Shown piece after piece: positions 58,171-64,000 of a stretch of 64,000 nt of DNA. Under the pieces are notes generated by a model, which ran no database searches, had not been told where the DNA came from, and was given only the letters and a program-made list of their open reading frames with translations. A program made the translations under genes and the position numbers. Positions within the stretch are counted from its first letter, which is position 1. Each line of letters starts with the position of its first letter. The stretch lies in NCBI GenBank assembly GCA_963851265.1, contig CAWKNZ010000003.1, forward strand, positions 64,001 through 128,000. The letters run 5' to 3'. The DNA is from an uncultured Gemmatimonadales bacterium (GTDB taxonomy: Bacteria; Gemmatimonadota; Gemmatimonadetes; Gemmatimonadales; Gemmatimonadaceae).

Positions 58171-59336
58171 ACGGCGGCGAGGCGACACGCTTCGGCCGCG
58201 AACGGCAGCGGCGGCAGCGCCGCAATCACGCGGGCCGCGTCGGAGGGCGAGCCGACGTCCGAAAGAAAGCGGACGAGCGCGTCGGGATCTGCGGCCGCGA
58301 ACAGGCGCACGAACATGGCCGGCGCCGCCGCGGGGTCGCTCCGCAGTCGTCGCAGGAAGACGTGGTCGAGCCAGCGCGCGACGGCCCCGCGCGGGCGTGG
58401 CACGGCTGCGGGTCCGGGCGTGGTGAGCGTGTGGGCGAGCGCCGCCGCGTCGCGCTGGATGGCGAGGAAGGCGTACCCGGTGGACGGCTTGGCCATGCCG
58501 CCGGCGACGCCGATGCGGGTGACGCGCGGCGCGGGACGGCGGACGACGGGTGCGGCGTCCATGGGGATGACGCCGGCCTCGCGCGAACGCACCCCGTACG
58601 CGCCCCCCGTGAGGCGGTCGGCGTAGCGCGCGAGGGCCGCATCGAGGGCGACAGGCGCCGGCGCGCGCTCGGCGACGACGGCCACCTCGACCAGCGCGTC
58701 GTGGGCCGTGTAGGGGAGCACGTAGCCGAACGCGAATCCGTCGCCGGGCTGCTCGACCGTGAAGTCCATCAGCGTGGCAACGCCGGCGTCGAAGGCGGCG
58801 TGGGTCGTGTGCACCACGGCGCCGGCGAACGCCTGGACGAGGCGCGCGGCGCGCGGCGCGGCGCTGGCGGGCGGCGCCGCGCTCGCCGCGGCGCTCGGCC
58901 GGCTGTCGAACACACGCGCGGCGTGCAGTGCGCCCCCCGTGGCGTACACATGCACCGCGCTACCCACGTCGGCGAGCGCGTCGACGCGTTCGCCGAGGCG
59001 CAGTTCGACGTGGCGCGCGCGGCTGATGCGCGCGAGGGCCTCGGCGTAGAACGCGTCGGCGGGGACGTGCTGATACGCGTAGCGCGTCGAGCCGCGCTCC
59101 ACGACCGCCCCGTCGGGCGCGACGACGCGCCAGCGCGACCAGCGGTGCGTAACGGCCGCGGCGAACGGGTGCTCGTGGACGTCCCAATAGCACCACGTGC
59201 GGTCGCGGCCGAACGTCGTCCGCTCGTCGAGGACGACGACGCGACCCGCGCGTGGTCCCGCGTCGGCGAGGCGTGCGGCGAGGCTCAGCCCCGCGCACCC
59301 CGCGCCGACGATCACGACGTTGGCGTCGCGCGGCAC
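58167..59336 (-). CDS. crtY: lycopene beta-cyclase
   Basis: IVGAGCAGLSLA, DRTWCYW, TLMDF, GGMAKPSTGYAF. Confidence 0.92.
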   Translation of the reverse strand: MPRDANVVIVGAGCAGLSLAARLADAGPRAGRVVVLDERTTFGRDRTWCYWDVHEHPFAAAVTHRWSRWRVVAPDGAVVERGSTRYAYQHVPADAFYAEALARISRARHVELRLGERVDALADVGSAVHVYATGGALHAARVFDSRPSAAASAAPPASAAPRAARLVQAFAGAVVHTTHAAFDAGVATLMDFTVEQPGDGFAFGYVLPYTAHDALVEVAVVAERAPAPVALDAALARYADRLTGGAYGVRSREAGVIPMDAAPVVRRPAPRVTRIGVAGGMAKPSTGYAFLAIQRDAAALAHTLTTPGPAAVPRPRGAVARWLDHVFLRRLRSDPAAAPAMFVRLFAAADPDALVRFLSDVGSPSDAARVIAALPPLPFAAEACRLAAV

Positions 59337-59373
59337 CGCCGGTCCGTGCGGTCAGAGTGGATGGAACGCCAGG

Positions 59374-60201
59374 CTAGCGCACCCCCGTACCGGCGACATC
59401 GCGACGCTCACGAGCGCGCTCGCGCTCCGACCCGACGCGGCCCGAGCTCGGATTCGGCGGCAGCGAGGTGATGGGCTCGACCACCGGGCGATAGTTGGCC
59501 GAGTGCGGTTCGAGCTGCGCGCTGCCGGCGAGGGTCATGAAGCCGTAGCCGACCTTCGCGATGATGTCGAGCACGAGGAAGATCAGTGCTTCGGTCGGGG
59601 CCTCGAAGAGGCGGAACCCTTCGGGCGCGCCGAGCCAGACGAGCGGGTACAGGAGCCAGAGCACGGACAGGACGGTCGCGTTGCGCGTGAACACGGCGCC
59701 GACCGTCGGGCTGGTCTGGCTTTTGGCCTCGCGGCGGAGCGGCCCCCAGATCAGCGCGTACACAGCCAACTGGAACGCGCAGCTCACGATGTACCAGGTG
59801 ACCTTGGAGCCCTGCACGTGCGACAGCGCGGCGGCGAGGCCGGTGCCCATGATCGCGACGTCGGCGACGAGGATGCCGACGACGAGCGCGGGGCGGCGCC
59901 GCAGCTCACCGAGCGCCGTGGTGCAGAGCGCGGCGAGCAGGAGTGGCGTCGTGATCGACCAGTCGACGTAGCGGGCGAGGTAGACGTGCCGCGACTGCTC
60001 GGGGATCTCGACCCGGAGCTGGTCGAGGCCCATGAACGTGTAGAAGACGGCCGCCGTTAGGCAGACGAGGAGGTGGAAGACGTACTCCGGCTCGGAGTCG
60101 CGCGGCTTGCCGCGCGACCGCGCGATCATCGCGAACGCGCCGAGCGCGAGGACCACCGTGCCCACCCAGTAAAACTGCCGCTCACTTGCGTACGGTTCCA
60201 T
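59374..60201 (-). CDS. microbial (type 1) rhodopsin, DTA motif
   Basis: Seven TM segments; helix C ARYVDWSITTPLLLAAL, helix F LWLLYPLVW, helix G LDIIAKVGYG (retinal Lys); purine-rich RBS before ATG 60201. Confidence 0.96.
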   Translation of the reverse strand: MEPYASERQFYWVGTVVLALGAFAMIARSRGKPRDSEPEYVFHLLVCLTAAVFYTFMGLDQLRVEIPEQSRHVYLARYVDWSITTPLLLAALCTTALGELRRRPALVVGILVADVAIMGTGLAAALSHVQGSKVTWYIVSCAFQLAVYALIWGPLRREAKSQTSPTVGAVFTRNATVLSVLWLLYPLVWLGAPEGFRLFEAPTEALIFLVLDIIAKVGYGFMTLAGSAQLEPHSANYRPVVEPITSLPPNPSSGRVGSERERARERRDVAGTGVR

Positions 60202-60367
60202 ATTCCCCCTCCCCTCCCTCGAACCAGTGTCGTTAGTCGACGCGGCGCGTCGATCCCGCCCGGCCCCGCGCCGGCGCGTGTTGCGTACAGGCTGGTGGCA
60301 TGCCTCACGCCAGCAGGCGCTCAACGCGCCGGCACGTGCGCGGGTTCACAACGCCTCACGGGCGGCG

Positions 60368-61429
60368 CTACGGCGCGAACCGCTCGCCCTGGTTGTACTC
60401 GCCGACCGCGCGGTCCTGGACGGCGCGCGCCCAGCCGGGCAGGCCGTCGCTGACCTCGTGTCCCGCGCGCCGGGCCGTGCCGCCGGCCGCGGGTGCCGGG
60501 AGGGTGCGCTCGGCGAGTCCGGCCACGTCGGCGGCCAGACCCGGCGCGAGGTCGTGGAATTTGGCGAGGAGCCACGCGCTGGCCGGCGTGATCAACTCGG
60601 CGTCGCCGTGCGCTGCGGCGTCGAGGATGCGGCGGGCCATGAGGTCGGGCGCGATGCTCGCGAACGGCGCCGAGCTGTTGGTCGCGAACCAGCGGTATTC
60701 TTCCGGCTGGTCGCCCTTGAACACGGCGTGCACCGTGCTGCCGGTGCGGATCTCGCCGGGACACACCGTGGTCACGAGTACCCCGTGCTTGGCGAGCGAG
60801 GCGCGGAGCCCTTCGGAGAGCCCGACGAGGGCGAACTTGCTCGCCGAGTAGGGAAGCAGGTGCGGCACCGACACCTTGCCGCCGATGGACGCGATGTTGA
60901 CGATGCGCCCCGAGCGGCGCGCGCGCATGCCCGGCGACACGGCCAGCACCGCGTGCAGCGCGCCGTAGAAGTTAGTCGCCAGTGCCTCGTCGAAGTCGGC
61001 GCGCGCCATCTGTTCGGAGGGGCCGACCTCGATGGTGCCGGCGTTGCTGATGAGCAGGTCGATGGGGCCGAGGCGGCGCTCGACGCCCGCGACCAGATCG
61101 TTCACGTCCTGCTCGACCGTGACGTCGCACCGCAGGGCGAGCACGTCGTCGGCGCTGCCGCCGCGGTCGGCGGCGCGCTCGACGAGTTCGGCGAGGGCGC
61201 GACTCAGGGCGACCTCGTCGCGCGCGCAGATCGCGACGCGGGTGCCGCCGTCGACGAGCTGGCGGGCGAGCTCGAGGCCCAGGCCGCGCGAGCCGCCGGT
61301 GACGAGGGCGACCTTGCTGCGGAAATCGACGCGGCGCGCGCGGCGGGTGAGCGCGCGCGCGGTCCAGTAGGCCGCACCGGCCGCGGTGAGCCAGAGGGCG
61401 GTGTTGGGCGGACGACGAGTGGCACGCAT
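60368..61429 (-). CDS. SDR family oxidoreductase
   Basis: VTGGSRGLG, SNAG, SIGG, YSASK. Confidence 0.92.
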   Translation of the reverse strand: MRATRRPPNTALWLTAAGAAYWTARALTRRARRVDFRSKVALVTGGSRGLGLELARQLVDGGTRVAICARDEVALSRALAELVERAADRGGSADDVLALRCDVTVEQDVNDLVAGVERRLGPIDLLISNAGTIEVGPSEQMARADFDEALATNFYGALHAVLAVSPGMRARRSGRIVNIASIGGKVSVPHLLPYSASKFALVGLSEGLRASLAKHGVLVTTVCPGEIRTGSTVHAVFKGDQPEEYRWFATNSSAPFASIAPDLMARRILDAAAHGDAELITPASAWLLAKFHDLAPGLAADVAGLAERTLPAPAAGGTARRAGHEVSDGLPGWARAVQDRAVGEYNQGERFAP

Positions 61430-61486
61430 GACGTCGGGGCGGAGGTGAAGCACGCGCCCCGTGCCCATTTCGTACCAGTCCGCCGC

Positions 61487-62377
61487 TCAGCCCTCGAACG
61501 GCTCCATGTGCACGAGCACGCCGTCGACAGCGGGAACCTCGCGGCGGATGGCGCCCTTTACCATGCCGCCGAGCACGTGCGCCTCGTCGAGCGGCGTCTT
61601 GGGCGCGGCCTGGACGTGGATGTCGACGTGGTACACCGTGCCCGCGCGCCGCACGTTGAGCTTCTCGACGTCGAGCACACCGTCTACGGCCCGCGCGGCG
61701 CGTTCGACGGCGCCGACGACGCTGCCGTCGGGCATGCGGTCCATGAGGTCGTGGAGCGCGGGCCGGAGCAGGTGCACGCCGTTGTACGCAATGACGCCCG
61801 AGGCGAGCAACGCGGCCCAATCGTCGGCCGACGCCCACGCGGGGTGACCGTGCATGCGGCTGCCGACCACGGCCACCGCGATGCCGACGAACGCCGCGGC
61901 CGACGTGACGGCGTCGCTCAGGTGGTGGCCCGCGTCGGCCCGCACGACCGGGCTGCCGGAGTCGTCTCCGACCGCGCCGGCCCGCTGCATGAGTCGCCAC
62001 TTGACCGCAAATGCGACGACGAGCACGCCGAGCGTCCAGGGCGCGGGCACTTGATGCGGTGTCCGGATCTCGCGGATCGCTTCGACGGCGATGCCGAGCG
62101 CCGCGACGACGAGCATCGCCGAGACGACCGCCGCCGCGAGCGCCTCGGCCTTGCCGTGGCCGTAGGGGTGGTCGTGGTCGGCGGGGCGGGCCGCGACGGC
62201 GAGGCCGCCCCACACGACGGCCGAGGCGAGAATGTCGGCCCCGCTCTCGACCGCGTCGGCCACGAGGGCGTACGTGTGCCCAAAAATGCCAGCCGCGAGC
62301 TTGGTCCCTGCGAGCGCGGCGTTGACGACGAGCCCGAGTTGCGCGACGCGGATCGCGCGGCGGTGGTGGTCCGTCAC
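61487..62377 (-). CDS. cation diffusion facilitator family transporter
   Basis: ALVADAVES, HPYGHGKAE, HHLSD, HMEP; GTG at 62377. Confidence 0.93.
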   Translation of the reverse strand: MTDHHRRAIRVAQLGLVVNAALAGTKLAAGIFGHTYALVADAVESGADILASAVVWGGLAVAARPADHDHPYGHGKAEALAAAVVSAMLVVAALGIAVEAIREIRTPHQVPAPWTLGVLVVAFAVKWRLMQRAGAVGDDSGSPVVRADAGHHLSDAVTSAAAFVGIAVAVVGSRMHGHPAWASADDWAALLASGVIAYNGVHLLRPALHDLMDRMPDGSVVGAVERAARAVDGVLDVEKLNVRRAGTVYHVDIHVQAAPKTPLDEAHVLGGMVKGAIRREVPAVDGVLVHMEPFEG

Positions 62378-62421
62378 GGGCGCTCGGAAGGAAGCGTGGC
62401 GACGCTCAGCGGGCCGACAAT

Positions 62422-64000
62422 CTACCAAATGCTCGCCCGCTGCTGGGCGGGACGTACCATCTGGTCGCCGTCCTTGCAGCCCCACGCCGCCTTGAATTCC
62501 GGCATGTTGGAGAGCGGGCCGTTGACCCGCCAGAGTGCCGGCGCGTGCGGGTCGACGGCCACCTGCGAGCGGGCGGCTTCGGGGCGCTGCAGCTCGCGCC
62601 ACACCTGGGCCCAGCCGAGGAAGAAGCGCTGCTCGGGGGTGAAGCCGTCGATGCGCGTGCGCGGCTGGTTGGCGTAGGCTTTCTGCATGGCCGCATACGC
62701 GACCGTGAGGCCGCCGAAGTCGGCGATGTTCTCGCCGGTGGTGAGGCGGCCGTTGACGTGCGTGGACGAGTCGACGACGGTGTAGGCGTCGAACTGGTCG
62801 ATGACCTTCTGCGCCTCGGCGCTGTAGCGCTTCGCGTCGCCCGCGGTCCACCAGTCGCGCAGGTTGCCCTGGGCGTCGTACTGCCGGCCCTGGTCGTCGA
62901 AGCCGTGTGTCATCTCGTGCCCGATCACCGCGCCCATGGCGCCGTAGTTGACCGCGTCGTCGGCCTGCGGGTCGTAGAACGGCGGCTGGAGGATGCCCGC
63001 GGGGAAGACGATCTCGTTCCAGGTCGGGTTGTAGTACGCGTTGACCGTGGGCGGGGTCATGCCCCACTCGGTCTTGTCCACCGGCTTGCCGAGCTTGGCC
63101 CAGTCGCGCGCCTCCTCGAAGAGCGCGGCGCGGCGGCGATTCCCGACATAGTCGCCATCGGCAACTTGAAGAGCCGAGTAGTCGCGCCAGCGGTCGGGGT
63201 ATCCGATCTTGCGCGTGAACGCGCCGAGCTTGGTGAGCGCCTGCCGCTTGGTGCTGTCGCTCATCCAGTCGAGCGCGCGGATCCGGTCGCCGAGCGCCGA
63301 CTGGAGGTTGGCGACCATGGCGAGGGCGCGGGCTTTGGCTTCGGGCGTGAACGTGCGCTGCACGTACTCCTGACCGACCATCTCGCCGAGCGCGTTGTTG
63401 ACCGCGGCGGTGCAGCGCTTCCAGCGGGGGAGCTGCTCGGTGGCGCCGGTGAAGTTGCGTTCGAAGGCGAACGCCTCCTTCACGAACGGCGTGGGCAACG
63501 CCGGGGCGGCGCCTTCGAGCGCGTGGTAGCGAAGGTAGGTGCGCCACGCGCCGACGGGCTCGCGCGCGAGGAGCGTGTCGACCGTCGCGAAGTAGGCGGG
63601 CTCCATCACGTTGACCAGCGCGGTCGGCGACACCGTGCGCGGCCCGGCCAGGTCGGCGAGGTAGCGCGTCCAGTCGAACCCCGGCGTGAGGCGCTGCGCC
63701 TCGGCCACCGTCATGCGGTGGTAGATCGCGTTAGGGTCGCGCATCGCGACGCGCGTGAGCTGCGCGCGGGCCATGCGGGTTTCGAGCGCGAGCACCTGCT
63801 GCGCGGCCGACGCCGCCTCCGAGGCCGGCGCGCCCGCGAGTTCGAGCATGCGTGCGACGTGAGCGACGTACTTGGTCCGCAGGTCGCGCGCGCGCGCGTC
63901 GTCGTTGGTGTAATAATCGCGGTCGGGCAGCCCGAGCCCGCCCTGGGCGACGACGACGAGGGTCGAGTCCGAGCGCTTGTCGTCGGTGCCGACCCCCGCA
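62422..64000 (-). CDS. M13 family metallopeptidase (5' end outside the window)
   Basis: VNAYY, FPAGILQPPF, HEMTH (HExxH), GENIAD, DPH. Confidence 0.95.
   Translation of the reverse strand, partial: AGVGTDDKRSDSTLVVVAQGGLGLPDRDYYTNDDARARDLRTKYVAHVARMLELAGAPASEAASAAQQVLALETRMARAQLTRVAMRDPNAIYHRMTVAEAQRLTPGFDWTRYLADLAGPRTVSPTALVNVMEPAYFATVDTLLAREPVGAWRTYLRYHALEGAAPALPTPFVKEAFAFERNFTGATEQLPRWKRCTAAVNNALGEMVGQEYVQRTFTPEAKARALAMVANLQSALGDRIRALDWMSDSTKRQALTKLGAFTRKIGYPDRWRDYSALQVADGDYVGNRRRAALFEEARDWAKLGKPVDKTEWGMTPPTVNAYYNPTWNEIVFPAGILQPPFYDPQADDAVNYGAMGAVIGHEMTHGFDDQGRQYDAQGNLRDWWTAGDAKRYSAEAQKVIDQFDAYTVVDSSTHVNGRLTTGENIADFGGLTVAYAAMQKAYANQPRTRIDGFTPEQRFFLGWAQVWRELQRPEAARSQVAVDPHAPALWRVNGPLSNMPEFKAAWGCKDGDQMVRPAQQRASIW

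Larger units (their letters stand above)
1107..60062. repeat. dispersed over-represented heptamer GTTAGGC/GCCTAAC (30 copies by manual count)
   Basis: Start positions: 1107, 3113, 5071, 5981, 6814, 11347, 12918, 13667, 14817, 15018, 16655, 18097, 21704, 22781, 25459, 25822, 27377, 27698, 28232, 28690, 29230, 29647, 36423, 36705, 38634, 41015, 43811, 54604, 57129, 60056. Confidence 0.8.

Noticed and set aside
1107..60062. TTAGGC as a telomere-like repeat or CRISPR repeat
   Set aside because: Copies are single and dispersed, never tandem or regularly spaced with spacers.
59374..60201. Calling the rhodopsin a xenorhodopsin or sensory rhodopsin because of the DTA motif
   Set aside because: D212 is retained (not Pro), no acidic residue at the BR220 position, Ala at 215, and no transducer gene adjacent.
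60296..60310. GG-N10-GC spacing upstream of the rhodopsin as a sigma54 promoter
   Set aside because: Poor -12 element; such spacing is common by chance at this GC content.

Overview
Very GC-rich (~75% by eye), densely coding bacterial chromosome segment; gene style suggests Gemmatimonadota (Gemmatirosa-like), which is an inference. From left to right it holds: a truncated TonB-dependent receptor; a radical-SAM/DUF4130 DNA-repair pair with an unusual degenerate DUF72 fusion; assorted enzymes; an IS630-like scar beside a broken TipA-like MerR gene with an intact MerR-type promoter; a cell-envelope operon (GH18-deacetylase-GT2 fusion, mprF, virJ/acvB-like, kinase, GNAT); two SPFH genes with an NfeD-like gene; wrbA with an MhqR-like repressor and operator; a ~15 kb flagellar/chemotaxis cluster (flgL fliW fliC fliD fliS flgM cheY cheZ-like HK RR cheA cheW cheR cheD cheB) with sigma28 promoters; a sigma54 activator; and a rhodopsin-crtY-blh retinal operon. 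Two signals stand out. (1) The rhodopsin has a D-T-A helix C motif, a helix B His, D212/K216 and both proton-release glutamates. (2) The non-palindromic heptamer GTTAGGC/GCCTAAC occurs 30 times (manual count), in several reading frames and on both strands, against ~5 expected, which suggests a genome-wide DNA-level signal. No rRNA, tRNA or CRISPR array was seen.
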